A DNA stretch of 64,000 bases from a virus (IMGVR_UViG_3300005611_000006), one strand, 5' to 3'. Positions 8,713 to 18,295 are shown, counted from the first letter of the stretch. Translations and numbers: made by a program. Notes: generated by a model not told the origin, from the sequence alone.

Positions 8713-8770
8713 ACCACTTCCACAACCGTCACAGCACTCCTTTACAAGGGGTGGTTTTTTATTGTATAAT
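8711..8770 (+). repeat. Promoter/stem-loop repeat, copy 3
   Basis: ACCACTTCCACAACCGTCACAGCACTCC-TTTACA-18 bp-TATAAT. Confidence 0.85.
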
Positions 8771-8799
8771 GATTTTACTGAAAGAAGAGGTAAAGAACC

Positions 8800-9195
8800 T
8801 TGGGGATGTTTGACTATATACGAAGTTCTTATCCTTTGGGTGAGGACTTTTCTGGTAACTGCCACACAAAAGACATTGAAGAAGGTATTGGTGGCACAAT
8901 GTCTCAATTCTGGATCTCTCCTAATGGTCAATTGTATTTGATTGATTACTCTCATACTGCCGACTTTGTAGAACTCAAAGAGGGTGATCTAGGATATGAA
9001 CCAGAGAAAAAGTTTAGAAACTTTGTTTGGATACCTAACGGCACTCATGGCAAGGTGAGACCTTGGAATATCACCAAATATATCACAATATATCCAGAGA
9101 GATGGGAAGGTGAATGGAAAGATTGGCCAGAGTGTCGTATTCACTTCAAAGGAGGTAAACTACAAGATTTTGATCACTTAATAAAAGGCAGATAA
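8800..9195 (+). CDS. Hypothetical protein
   Basis: 131-aa ORF (MGMFDY) with GAGG RBS. Confidence 0.7.
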   Translation: MGMFDYIRSSYPLGEDFSGNCHTKDIEEGIGGTMSQFWISPNGQLYLIDYSHTADFVELKEGDLGYEPEKKFRNFVWIPNGTHGKVRPWNITKYITIYPERWEGEWKDWPECRIHFKGGKLQDFDHLIKGR

Positions 9196-9234
9196 TTGTA
9201 AGTCAAACTAAATACTTATAAGTCGCAAGTACTT

Positions 9235-9606
9235 ATGCAACTCTACAATTCTTCAAAGGACTATTTGTATAATCTTTATACAAGTTCTTCTTCAGAGGCA
9301 AAAAGAATGTGGAGACAATCTATAAAGGATAAATGGGGAAGAAAGTGTGCTTATTGTGGAGAAACAAAACATCTTACAATTGATCACGTAATTCCTCAAT
9401 GCAAAGGTGGATTAGATCTTTTAGAAAATGTTGTATGTTGCTGTAAAAATTGTAACGGATCTAAAGGACACGAAGATTGGAAAGAGTGGTATTTGAAACA
9501 AGACTTCTTTACACAAGAAAGATATGATGCTATAATTGAATGGGTAGAAATTAAAAATAATCAAAATCTTTATAGATATAAGAAGAGAAGAAATAATGCT
9601 TCCTGA
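9235..9606 (+). CDS. HNH endonuclease (McrA-like fold)
   Basis: CAYCG..LTIDHVIP..KGG...NVV.CC..CN.SKG. Confidence 0.88.
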   Translation: MQLYNSSKDYLYNLYTSSSSEAKRMWRQSIKDKWGRKCAYCGETKHLTIDHVIPQCKGGLDLLENVVCCCKNCNGSKGHEDWKEWYLKQDFFTQERYDAIIEWVEIKNNQNLYRYKKRRNNAS

Positions 9607-9643
9607 AAAAATTAATTCATTGGTATTGGAGATTTAAAATTAA

Positions 9644-10621
9644 ATGCATTTAGCAAAAGTAGCATTAGATAATGGTGGTAGTATTCATCCTTTAATTATT
9701 CCTTCAAACTTAACAGAAGGTACTGGATTGATGAATCCTTCAGTTTATATTGATAATGGTAAAATTTTAGTTAACATAAGACATGTAAATTATACATTTT
9801 ATCACTCAGAGAAAAAGTTATTTCAGCACCAGTTTGGACCTTTAACATATGTTCATCCTGAAAATGATATGCATCTAAGGACTTGGAATTGGTATTGTGA
9901 ATTAGATTCTGATTTTAATATCACAAGGTATAATAAAATAGATACTTCAGATTTTCCAGAAAAAGAATTATGGGATTTTGTTGGTCTTGAAGATGCAAGA
10001 TTATTTAAATGGGAAGATAAGCTCTATACTAGTGGTGTACGAAGAGATCTTGATGATGTTGGAACTGGTAGAATGGAACTTTGTGAAATTGTTGTAACTG
10101 AAGATAATGTAAAAGAAGTTTCAAGAGTTCGTATTGATCCACCGAATGATCCAAATTCATATTGTGAAAAAAATTGGATGCCAATTGTTGATAAACCTTA
10201 TCATTATGTAAAATGGAGCAATCCAACAGAAGTGGTAAAAATTGATCCTAATACTGGAAAATCTGAAACTGTACATTTATCAGAAAAAATTGATTTGCCC
10301 AGAGATATTCGTGGAGGATCTCAAGTAATATCCATTGACGATCATTACATTGCGCTTACTCATGAAGTTGATTTATTTGATAGTGAAGTAGGTAGAAAGG
10401 ATGGTGTTTACCTTCACAGATTTATTGTTTGGGATAAAGATTGGAATATATTTGCATTCTCAAAAGAATTTTCTTTTATGGGTGCTGATGTTGAATTCTG
10501 TATTGGAATGCAAATTTTAGATCAGGATGTTCTTTTTACTTTTGGATATCAAGATAATGCAGCATATATATTAAAATGTTCAAAAGATACTCTTATCGAT
10601 TTTATAAATTATAAGTACTAA
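9644..10621 (+). CDS. Putative glycosidase/glycoside phosphorylase, 5-bladed beta-propeller (GH130/GH43-like)
   Basis: MNPS, GLEDARL, EKNWMP, RGGS, VEFCIG motifs. Confidence 0.6.
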   Translation: MHLAKVALDNGGSIHPLIIPSNLTEGTGLMNPSVYIDNGKILVNIRHVNYTFYHSEKKLFQHQFGPLTYVHPENDMHLRTWNWYCELDSDFNITRYNKIDTSDFPEKELWDFVGLEDARLFKWEDKLYTSGVRRDLDDVGTGRMELCEIVVTEDNVKEVSRVRIDPPNDPNSYCEKNWMPIVDKPYHYVKWSNPTEVVKIDPNTGKSETVHLSEKIDLPRDIRGGSQVISIDDHYIALTHEVDLFDSEVGRKDGVYLHRFIVWDKDWNIFAFSKEFSFMGADVEFCIGMQILDQDVLFTFGYQDNAAYILKCSKDTLIDFINYKY

Positions 10622-10622
10622 T

Positions 10623-12485
10623 ATGAAAAACTTAAATGACTTGCTAATTGATTATATTGAAGATCCGGAAATTCCTGAAAGAAATTTTGATCTTGCTAGA
10701 TGGTATGATATGAATGATCAAACTGCTTCTGCAGTTTCTTATTATCTTAGGACAGCAGAAAGATCAGATATTAAACCACTTCAGTATGTCTCCTTAATTC
10801 TTGCTGCAAAATGTTTTGAGTATCAAGGAATGAGAAATTTTACTGTGAAAGGACTTTACCAAAATGCAATTACAATTTGCCCTGAAAGACCTGAAGCTTA
10901 TTATTTTCTCTCAAAATTTTATGAAGAATTTGAAAAGGATAAAGATGGATCTTGGACTGATGCTTATTTAACTGCTTGTATTGGTGTTAGTAACTCAAAA
11001 GATAAGCATTACACTGAACTTCCTGTTGAAGTTGGATATCCAGGATATAATGGACTTGTTTATCAAAAAGCAGTAAATGGATGGTCTTGTGGAGTTTGTG
11101 AGGATGCTAGAAAAATTCTTAAAGAACTTGTATTAGATCAAAATGTAAGTGAAAGTTTAAGGGAAAAATGTTACGAGGAGTTAGTTAAAATTGACAAAAG
11201 TAATTCTTTCGTAAGTTATAAAAAAGAAGATCATTCAAAATTAAGATATAATTTTCTGGGATCTGAATACATCGAAAATAATTATTCAGAAGCATTTCAG
11301 GATATTTTTGTTCTGATGATGCTTAATGGCAAAAAGAATGGAACTTATCTTGAGATGGGATCTGGTGTTCCTTATTATGGAAATAATACGGCACTTCTAG
11401 AAGAACTTGGATGGAATGGAGTTGGACTTGATTTACATCAACCTTATGTTGATCAATATAATTCTGAAAGAAAAAATACCTCATTCCTTAAAGATGCAAT
11501 TACTCTCAATTATAAAGATTTTTTAAGTGAAAATGGATTTAAAAATCAAATTGATTATTTGCAGTTAGATTGTGATCCTGCAAGTAATACTTTTGAAGTA
11601 TTAAAGAGTATTCCTTTTGATGAGTATAAGTTTTCTGTTATTACATATGAGCACGATTACTATATTGATGATTCTAAATCTTACAAGTATGAATCAAGAA
11701 AGTACTTAGAATCAAAGGGATATGAACTTGTATTATCAAATGTTGCAGTCAATGGTTGGAAAGATTATGAAGACTGGTGGGTTCATCCAGATCTTGTAAA
11801 TCGTAAAATTATTGATTATATTAAAGATACTTCAGATAAAGTTAAAATTCCTGAAGAATATCTTTTAACTCATAAAGTAAAAAATATATCAAATACTCAC
11901 TCTATTTCTACTAATGTTAAAAAAACTTGTTGGGTTGTAGATAATTTTTATGAAAATCCTGATAAAGTAAGAGAATTCGCATTAAATCAATACTATATTG
12001 AAGGTGGTTTTGGTAGAGGGTTTATTGGTAGAAGAACAGAGAATCAATTTTTATTCCCAGGTCTTAAAGAAAAATTTGAAGAAATTATTGGGATGAAAAT
12101 TACTGAATGGGAAAGTCATGGGATGAATGGTAGATTTCAAAATTGCCACTCTGGAGAACCTTTGGTTTATCATTGCGACAGTCAAAAATGGGGAGGTATG
12201 CTATACTTAACTCCAGGTGCCCCATATCAATGTGGAACTACCTTATACGCTCATAAGCAAACAAGAGCAAGGTCTTATCACGATAGTGGTTGGGATGCTG
12301 CTTGGGCAAATGTTCCCGGAGATCCTCATTTAGATGGTACGCCATTTGAACCAGTTGATGTTCTTGGAAACGTTTATAATAGGTTAGTTATTTTTGATGC
12401 AAGTTGTATTCATTCTGCTTCTGAATATTTTGGAACAGTAATTCAAAATTCTAGATTATGGCAAATGTTTTTCTTTGATACGTAA
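10623..12485 (+). CDS. Fusion protein: TPR-like + FkbM-type methyltransferase + 2OG-Fe(II) oxygenase-like domain
   Basis: PERPEAYY (TPR); YSEAFQD..YLEMGSG..NNT and IDYLQLDCDP (FkbM); VDNFY..P, HCD..H..R (oxygenase). Confidence 0.7.
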   Translation: MKNLNDLLIDYIEDPEIPERNFDLARWYDMNDQTASAVSYYLRTAERSDIKPLQYVSLILAAKCFEYQGMRNFTVKGLYQNAITICPERPEAYYFLSKFYEEFEKDKDGSWTDAYLTACIGVSNSKDKHYTELPVEVGYPGYNGLVYQKAVNGWSCGVCEDARKILKELVLDQNVSESLREKCYEELVKIDKSNSFVSYKKEDHSKLRYNFLGSEYIENNYSEAFQDIFVLMMLNGKKNGTYLEMGSGVPYYGNNTALLEELGWNGVGLDLHQPYVDQYNSERKNTSFLKDAITLNYKDFLSENGFKNQIDYLQLDCDPASNTFEVLKSIPFDEYKFSVITYEHDYYIDDSKSYKYESRKYLESKGYELVLSNVAVNGWKDYEDWWVHPDLVNRKIIDYIKDTSDKVKIPEEYLLTHKVKNISNTHSISTNVKKTCWVVDNFYENPDKVREFALNQYYIEGGFGRGFIGRRTENQFLFPGLKEKFEEIIGMKITEWESHGMNGRFQNCHSGEPLVYHCDSQKWGGMLYLTPGAPYQCGTTLYAHKQTRARSYHDSGWDAAWANVPGDPHLDGTPFEPVDVLGNVYNRLVIFDASCIHSASEYFGTVIQNSRLWQMFFFDT

Positions 12486-12490
12486 AATCT

Positions 12491-13276
12491 ATGGAAAAAA
12501 TACCAGTAATTGGAACTGCTGTTGTGAATAGTTCATACTGGGTATCAAGACTTATTATGAGTATTGATTACCCAGTAGAAAATTTTGTTATTATTAATAA
12601 TAATGGTAGAGGAGAAATTGACTCTGAACTAGATGATTTGAAAAAATTGAATAAAAAATATATCGATAACATTAAAGTATGTCATATGCCCGCAAATATT
12701 GGATGTTCTGGTGCTTGGAATTTAATAATTAAATGTTATATGAACTCTCCTTACTGGATTATTGTCAATGATGATGTTTCTTTTGGACCAAATTTACTAA
12801 AAGAGTTTTATGACAGTGCAACAAAAAATCCTGATGTTGGTATGATACATGCAAAAGGTGGCGATTTTAATTTGGGTAGATGGGACTTATTTTTAATTAG
12901 AGATATTATTGTAAGTGAATTTGGATTGTTTGATGAAAATTTATATCCAGCTTATTGTGAAGATGCTGATTATATAATGAGATTTATGCATAGACCAATA
13001 AATAAAATCACATCTTTAGAATCTTTTTATTATCATGGACACTCCTTAGATTATTATTCTGAAGATGGTGGAGGGCAAACTAAAAAATCTGATCCGGAAC
13101 TATCAATAAAGCTGGATAAGATTGATAAAGTTAATTATAAGTATATGAATGAGAAATGGGGAGAAGGATGGAGGTCTTGTTCTCCACAAAAATATCCATT
13201 TAATAAAAAAGATATACCTATAAGCTATACTTCATACGATTTAAATTTTGTAAGATCTAAACATTTAGGATTTTAA
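12491..13276 (+). CDS. Glycosyltransferase, GT2-like
   Basis: IINNNG, NIGCSGAWN, VNDD (DxD), FDENLYPAYCEDADY. Confidence 0.8.
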   Translation: MEKIPVIGTAVVNSSYWVSRLIMSIDYPVENFVIINNNGRGEIDSELDDLKKLNKKYIDNIKVCHMPANIGCSGAWNLIIKCYMNSPYWIIVNDDVSFGPNLLKEFYDSATKNPDVGMIHAKGGDFNLGRWDLFLIRDIIVSEFGLFDENLYPAYCEDADYIMRFMHRPINKITSLESFYYHGHSLDYYSEDGGGQTKKSDPELSIKLDKIDKVNYKYMNEKWGEGWRSCSPQKYPFNKKDIPISYTSYDLNFVRSKHLGF

Positions 13277-13278
13277 AT

Positions 13279-13527
13279 ATGAATTTTACAGTCTATTCAA
13301 AAACAGGATGTCCATATTGTACAAAAGTTATTCAAGTTCTGGATTATCTTAGCGTATCTAAAGGGTATTCTATTAAAGAGTACACTTTAGAAACTGACTT
13401 TACAAAAGAACAGTTTTATAGTGAATTTGGTGAGGGATCTACTTTTCCTCAGATAATGTGTGAGAGTAAGAAACTTGGAGGATGTTCTGATACAATTAAA
13501 TATCTAAGAGAAAATAATATAATTTAA
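13279..13527 (+). CDS. nrdC: Glutaredoxin
   Basis: CPYC, TFPQI and GG motifs. Confidence 0.9.
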   Translation: MNFTVYSKTGCPYCTKVIQVLDYLSVSKGYSIKEYTLETDFTKEQFYSEFGEGSTFPQIMCESKKLGGCSDTIKYLRENNII

Positions 13528-13706
13528 TGGATGACCTAAATAATTCTAACGACCTTGGTATCAACCGAGGTTTTGAGTTAATATTAAGGAGAAAAAAACC
13601 TGATAAAAAAACTTTTTCACTTAGTTTTGACAAGATGGTTGGTCTCTTTAAAAGAGAGTTATCCATCTCCTTTAGTTTTTCCTTTGACTTAAGGAAACAA
13701 AAGTAG
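13527..13706 (+). CDS. Small hypothetical protein (59 aa)
   Basis: ORF fills the gap (INRGFELILR); TAATG overlap. Confidence 0.5.
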   Translation: MDDLNNSNDLGINRGFELILRRKKPDKKTFSLSFDKMVGLFKRELSISFSFSFDLRKQK

Positions 13707-13722
13707 CAACAGGAGAATTAAA

Positions 13723-13944
13723 ATGTTGGCAATTACTCTTGTATTCAGCGCATTGTTCGCAATTATGTCATTAGTAGTTGGAACATTACTTGGTTGGGTT
13801 TATCGAGAATATACTTGGTCACAACAACCCCAAAATTTACACCCAGAATTTTTTGATGTAAATGGTAACATTATACCAGATGAAATCATATCTGTAAGAT
13901 TTGATCAATCAATGCTGGAGGAAGAAGAAGAACCTGAAGATTAA
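13723..13944 (+). CDS. Hypothetical membrane protein
   Basis: N-terminal TM helix; HPEFFD motif; AGGAG RBS. Confidence 0.75.
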   Translation: MLAITLVFSALFAIMSLVVGTLLGWVYREYTWSQQPQNLHPEFFDVNGNIIPDEIISVRFDQSMLEEEEEPED

Positions 13945-14394
13945 ATGGAGATTATTAAAATGAAACTACCCCCTAATCAATTGATATCTGAGATTATTCA
14001 AAGAGTATCAAACGCAAAAACTAGAGACGAAAAAATTGAAATTCTTCGTCATTATGACTGCCCTGCACTAAGGGCAGTCTTGATTTGGAACTTTGCCAAT
14101 AATGTAAAGTCAGTTATTCCTGAAGGAGAAGTTCCATATACGCCTAACGATGCTCCGGAAGATACAGAGCACACAAGACTTTCTCAAGAGTGGAAAAGAT
14201 TTAATTACTTTGTAGAAGGAGTATCAGATCTTCCAAAAGTTAAAAGGGAAAATATGTTTATTCAACTTTTAGAAGGTCTTCATAAGTCTGAGGCAGAAAT
14301 TGTTTGTTTGATTAAAGATAAGCAATTAAATCAAAGATATAAAATTACAAAACCAGTTGTAAAAGAAGCTTTTCCAGATATTATTTGGGAATAA
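13945..14394 (+). CDS. Conserved T4-like hypothetical protein
   Basis: 149 aa; PEGEVPY and REN.FIQLLEGLH motifs. Confidence 0.75.
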   Translation: MEIIKMKLPPNQLISEIIQRVSNAKTRDEKIEILRHYDCPALRAVLIWNFANNVKSVIPEGEVPYTPNDAPEDTEHTRLSQEWKRFNYFVEGVSDLPKVKRENMFIQLLEGLHKSEAEIVCLIKDKQLNQRYKITKPVVKEAFPDIIWE

Positions 14395-14395
14395 T

Positions 14396-14424
14396 TTGAC
14401 ATAGAATATACTTAGCACTATACT
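14396..14424 (+). promoter_or_regulatory. sigma70-type promoter
   Basis: TTGACA-17 bp-TATACT. Confidence 0.7.
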
Positions 14425-14445
14425 TATAGAGTTGAGAATAAACTT

Positions 14446-14610
14446 ATGAACAGAGATAAACTTAAACTCATTGTAAAAAATCTTGAATTACTTGTTGATT
14501 CATTGAAGTCTGAAATAAATTCTGATGCTGAATCATATAGTTATAAAAAAATAGATTCTCGAATTGGAGAGTTAGATGACTATGATGAAATTTTTGAAGA
14601 TGATGAGTAA
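14446..14610 (+). CDS. Small hypothetical protein (54 aa)
   Basis: MNRDKLKLIVKNLELLVDSLKSE..DYDEIFEDDE, downstream of the promoter. Confidence 0.65.
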   Translation: MNRDKLKLIVKNLELLVDSLKSEINSDAESYSYKKIDSRIGELDDYDEIFEDDE

Positions 14611-14789
14611 TGAGGTATAAGGACACTATTCGACTAATAAAAAAAGCTTTAAAAAATCCTAATTTATATTCCGAAAGTGAATTATTGTATATGGAAAAGG
14701 CACTAGATAGTGCAATTATTGGTCGTGCTAGAAAAAAAATGAACAAAAAGAAAAAAGGATTTGGGTACAACAATGAATCAAAAGGTTAA
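14610..14789 (+). CDS. Small basic hypothetical protein (59 aa)
   Basis: MRYKDTIRLIKKALKNPNLY..KGFG; TAATG overlap. Confidence 0.6.
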   Translation: MRYKDTIRLIKKALKNPNLYSESELLYMEKALDSAIIGRARKKMNKKKKGFGYNNESKG

Positions 14790-15417
14790 TTTTGTCAGTG
14801 TTACTCCGGATGCAGAGAAGCATATTGCTTATTGTGCTAGAGTGAGTAATCCTAAAAATCAAGATAATGAAAATTTCCAAAATTTAATTAGGTATTGTAT
14901 TAAAAATCAACATTGGAGCATCTTTGAGCACGCTTTTATGACTCTGGAGATCAATACATCTCTAGCTATTGCAACTCAAATTTTGAGGCACCGTTCATTT
15001 ACATATCAACAGTTCTCTCAAAGGTATGCTGATAGTAGTGAACTTCAACTAAATCTTCAAGTTCCAGATCTTCGTCGTCAAGATAGTAAAAATCGTCAAA
15101 ACAGTATTGATGATGTTGATCCATTTTTGAGACAATCATTTGAAGTGAAAATTCAAAGTCATTTCTCTGAGTCAATGAAAATTTATAAGGAAATGCTTGA
15201 AGCAGGAATTGCAAAAGAATGTGCTAGATTTGTTCTTCCTCAAGCGACTAACACTCGTCTTTATATGACGGGAAGTGTAAGGTCTTGGATTCATTATATA
15301 GAACTGAGAAGTGCTCATGGAACACAAAAAGAGCATATGGATGTTGCAAACAAGTGCAAAGAAATTTTTACAGATAATTTCCCAACAATTTCATATGCCC
15401 TAGAATGGTCTAAATAA
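14773..15417 (+). CDS. thyX: FAD-dependent thymidylate synthase
   Basis: RHRSFTYQQFSQRY ThyX motif; HWSIFEH; ARFVLP. Confidence 0.96.
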   Translation: MNQKVNFVSVTPDAEKHIAYCARVSNPKNQDNENFQNLIRYCIKNQHWSIFEHAFMTLEINTSLAIATQILRHRSFTYQQFSQRYADSSELQLNLQVPDLRRQDSKNRQNSIDDVDPFLRQSFEVKIQSHFSESMKIYKEMLEAGIAKECARFVLPQATNTRLYMTGSVRSWIHYIELRSAHGTQKEHMDVANKCKEIFTDNFPTISYALEWSK

Positions 15418-15437
15418 TTTTGTGAGTTGATTTTCAA

Positions 15438-15680
15438 ATGCCTACATATCCTGTTGTAAACAAATTAACTGGAGAAAAAAAAGATCTTCAGATGTCAGTA
15501 GAAAAATATACTGAATGGAGAAATGAAAATCCCGATTGGGATAAAGATTGGAGTCAGGGCTGTGCCGGAATTGGAGAAGTCGGAGAATGGAAAAATAAAT
15601 TAGTTAGTAAATACCCTGGTTGGAACGACGTTCTACATAAAGCATCACAAGCACCCGGTTCAAGAGTAAGTAAAATCTAA
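15438..15680 (+). CDS. Conserved hypothetical protein
   Basis: 80 aa, MPTYP start; usual position upstream of phoH. Confidence 0.75.
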   Translation: MPTYPVVNKLTGEKKDLQMSVEKYTEWRNENPDWDKDWSQGCAGIGEVGEWKNKLVSKYPGWNDVLHKASQAPGSRVSKI

Positions 15681-16435
15681 TGGCAAGAAAAAGAAGAAAT
15701 CAGGATCAACCAATTGGAGTTGGAATGACCGCAAAACAAATGAAAAGAAAAAAACCTCTTAATTCAGATAGACTGGTAGATGTTAAACCAGTAACAGAAA
15801 ATCAAAAAAAACTTTTCGATCTCTATAATGAACAAAAGCACTTGTTTGTTTATGGGTGTGCTGGAACAGGTAAAACTTTTTGCTCATTATATCTTGCACT
15901 TAAAGATGTATTGAACGAAATTACACCATATGATAGAGTTGTTATTGTAAGATCTCTTGTTGCTACTAGAGAAATTGGATTTCTTCCTGGAGATCACGAG
16001 GATAAGTCAAGTCTTTATCAGATTCCTTATAAGAATATGGTAAAGTATATGTTTGAGATGACAAGTGATGCTGAGTTTGAAATGCTTTATGGAAACTTGA
16101 AGCAGCAAGAAAGTATTAAGTTTTGGAGTACTTCTTTTATTCGAGGAACAACTCTTGATAATTGTATTATTATTGTTGATGAAACTCAAAACTTGAACTT
16201 TCACGAATTAGATAGTATTATTACCCGTGTTGGGGAAGACAGTAAAATTATTTTCTGTGGTGATGCAACTCAATCAGATTTAACAAGAAATAATGAAAGA
16301 GATGGTATTATCAATTTTATGAAAATTATTGAAAGAATGCCAGAGTTCGAAACAATTCAGTTCACTACTGATGATATTGTTCGTTCTGGATTAGTTAAGT
16401 CCTATCTAGTAAATAAAATTGCTGCTGGTTTTTAA
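15680..16435 (+). CDS. phoH: PhoH-family ATPase
   Basis: GCAGTGKT, REIGFLPG, RGTTL, IIVDE, GDATQSD. Confidence 0.96.
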   Translation: MARKRRNQDQPIGVGMTAKQMKRKKPLNSDRLVDVKPVTENQKKLFDLYNEQKHLFVYGCAGTGKTFCSLYLALKDVLNEITPYDRVVIVRSLVATREIGFLPGDHEDKSSLYQIPYKNMVKYMFEMTSDAEFEMLYGNLKQQESIKFWSTSFIRGTTLDNCIIIVDETQNLNFHELDSIITRVGEDSKIIFCGDATQSDLTRNNERDGIINFMKIIERMPEFETIQFTTDDIVRSGLVKSYLVNKIAAGF

Positions 16436-17115
16436 TGTTTAATCATATTGATTTGAAACTCCCTAAACTTGAAAGGGAAACAATTGATGGTGTAAGATAT
16501 TATAAAGTTTCTGATGGAGATCAACTTAAAAAATTGGTCTCCATTACTTCTGTAACGAGTCATATTAATCGCCAAATTTTTATTGATTGGAGAAATAAAA
16601 TTGGTGAGCAAGAAGCAAATAAGATTACGAAAGCTGCAACTAGTAGAGGGACAGATCTTCATACGTTAGTTGAAAATTATTTGCAAAACATTTTAGATTT
16701 TCCTAAAGTTCAACCAATATCAACTCATCTTTTTAGAATTGCAAAGTCTAATCTTGATAATATTGATAACATTTACGCTTTAGAGAAATCAATGTACAGT
16801 TTTGAATTAGGAATTGCAGGAACTGTAGATTGTATTGCAGAGTATAATGGTGAACTAGCAATCATTGACTTTAAAACTTCAAAGAAACCAAAACCCAGAG
16901 AATGGATTGATCATTACTTCGTACAGTGCGCTGCTTATGCTTGCATGTTATACGAACTTACTGGTATAATAGTAAAGAAGTTTGTCATCATTATGACTTG
17001 TGAGAATGGAGAGTGTGAAATTTATGAAGAGTATGACAAAAAAAGATACATTAAACTATTGTATCAATATATACAAGAATTCGTTGAGTACAAATTGAAA
17101 GAATATGGAAACTAA
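16435..17115 (+). CDS. PD-(D/E)XK exonuclease
   Basis: SITSV, RGT.LH, AGTVD, IIDFKTS, Q.AAY. Confidence 0.88.
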   Translation: MFNHIDLKLPKLERETIDGVRYYKVSDGDQLKKLVSITSVTSHINRQIFIDWRNKIGEQEANKITKAATSRGTDLHTLVENYLQNILDFPKVQPISTHLFRIAKSNLDNIDNIYALEKSMYSFELGIAGTVDCIAEYNGELAIIDFKTSKKPKPREWIDHYFVQCAAYACMLYELTGIIVKKFVIIMTCENGECEIYEEYDKKRYIKLLYQYIQEFVEYKLKEYGN

Positions 17116-17362
17116 TTTAGAAAAGGTTTTAGAAAATAAGTTTCTAAGTGCCTCAAAATTTTCTCAAATTATTGAGCAATTGGTAAAAAATAATTCAGAA
17201 ATGAATTATATTGATGCAATTGTTTTTTATTGTGAAGAAAATAATATTGAACTTGAATCAATATCAAAACTTGTCAGTAAACCACTGAAAGAAAAAATTA
17301 AACGTGATGCAATTGAACTTAATTTTCTAAAGAGAACTTCTAGGGCAAAACTTTTTATATGA
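17105..17362 (+). CDS. gp33: Late transcription coactivator
   Basis: YIDAIV.YCEEN.IE; LKEKI..DA..LNFLK; synteny. Confidence 0.88.
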   Translation: METNLEKVLENKFLSASKFSQIIEQLVKNNSEMNYIDAIVFYCEENNIELESISKLVSKPLKEKIKRDAIELNFLKRTSRAKLFI

Positions 17363-17952
17363 CTCCTTTTGATGTTTACAAACAATATCTTGCATTAAAG
17401 AATCATTTTAGTAAACCCAATTATGATTATTTTAAGTATGCTGGAAAGTCAAGAGCATCAATAAATTCTTTTAATACAAGAAAAGATAAGTATTGGTTTG
17501 AAAGAATGAGTCGTCAAAAAACAGACGACGAAATCAAAAACTATTATGTTGCAAATTTTGTTGAATCTGATGCTCCAGATCGACTTTGGATAGGAGAAAT
17601 TTTTCGTGATGGAGAGCAAAAATATCAAAACTGGATGAAGAGGCAACAAAGTTTATCTTATCTTTTTAAAGAACAATCTCAAACTATATTTCTAGATTAT
17701 GATTTAGATGAAATATTTGATACATCTAAAACTCATCCTATAATTTTGAAAAAATTTTTAAGTGGTCAGATTGCAATAGAAACTATGGTAATCTACAATA
17801 AAATATTTTTATACTCTGAAGTATTTGATAAGAAACTTAAAGATCCAGTATGGGAATCTGTAAGTTTAAAGATAAAAAAGTATTCTCCTTTTCTAAATAT
17901 TGATATAAAACCATATAAGAAATATTTAAAAAATATTATAGGAGAAAAATAA
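17359..17952 (+). CDS. gp59: Helicase loader
   Basis: YLALKNHF..YDYFKY.GK; RKDKYWF; synteny. Confidence 0.88.
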   Translation: MTPFDVYKQYLALKNHFSKPNYDYFKYAGKSRASINSFNTRKDKYWFERMSRQKTDDEIKNYYVANFVESDAPDRLWIGEIFRDGEQKYQNWMKRQQSLSYLFKEQSQTIFLDYDLDEIFDTSKTHPIILKKFLSGQIAIETMVIYNKIFLYSEVFDKKLKDPVWESVSLKIKKYSPFLNIDIKPYKKYLKNIIGEK

Positions 17953-17953
17953 A

Positions 17954-18295
17954 ATGTCTTTTTTTGATTCTGATCTTGTAAAAAAAGAGATGGAAACTAT
18001 TTTAGAAATGCAGTCGGAAATTTATAAAAATATTCAATATTTTCCGAAGATGAGTAGATCTGAAAAATCTAAGCACGTAGAATTCCTTGCAGAACTTTTA
18101 GAGAAGCAAAGAATATTATATGCGAGATTAAGTTTATCTGATGATCCTGAAGCGATTGAAATGAAAAATAAAATCGAAGAAGCAGTTAATATACTAGGAT
18201 TCGAAAAAGCAGATATGAATTTAATCTTTAAATCTATGAAACGATCTATCGAACATATGCAGAAAAGTATAAGCCTTGACACTAAGGGAACTTAG
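17954..18295 (+). CDS. DUF1825-like protein
   Basis: FFDSDLV..E; YARLSLSDDPEA. Confidence 0.75.
   Translation: MSFFDSDLVKKEMETILEMQSEIYKNIQYFPKMSRSEKSKHVEFLAELLEKQRILYARLSLSDDPEAIEMKNKIEEAVNILGFEKADMNLIFKSMKRSIEHMQKSISLDTKGT

Noticed and set aside
5951-8770. Possible CRISPR array
   Set aside because: Repeats are about 60 bp, separated by more than 1 kb of genes, and contain promoter elements; no cas operon
16435-17115. Cas4/CRISPR interpretation of the PD-(D/E)XK nuclease
   Set aside because: Sits in the standard phoH-exonuclease-gp33 core synteny; no array and no clear Fe-S Cys cluster
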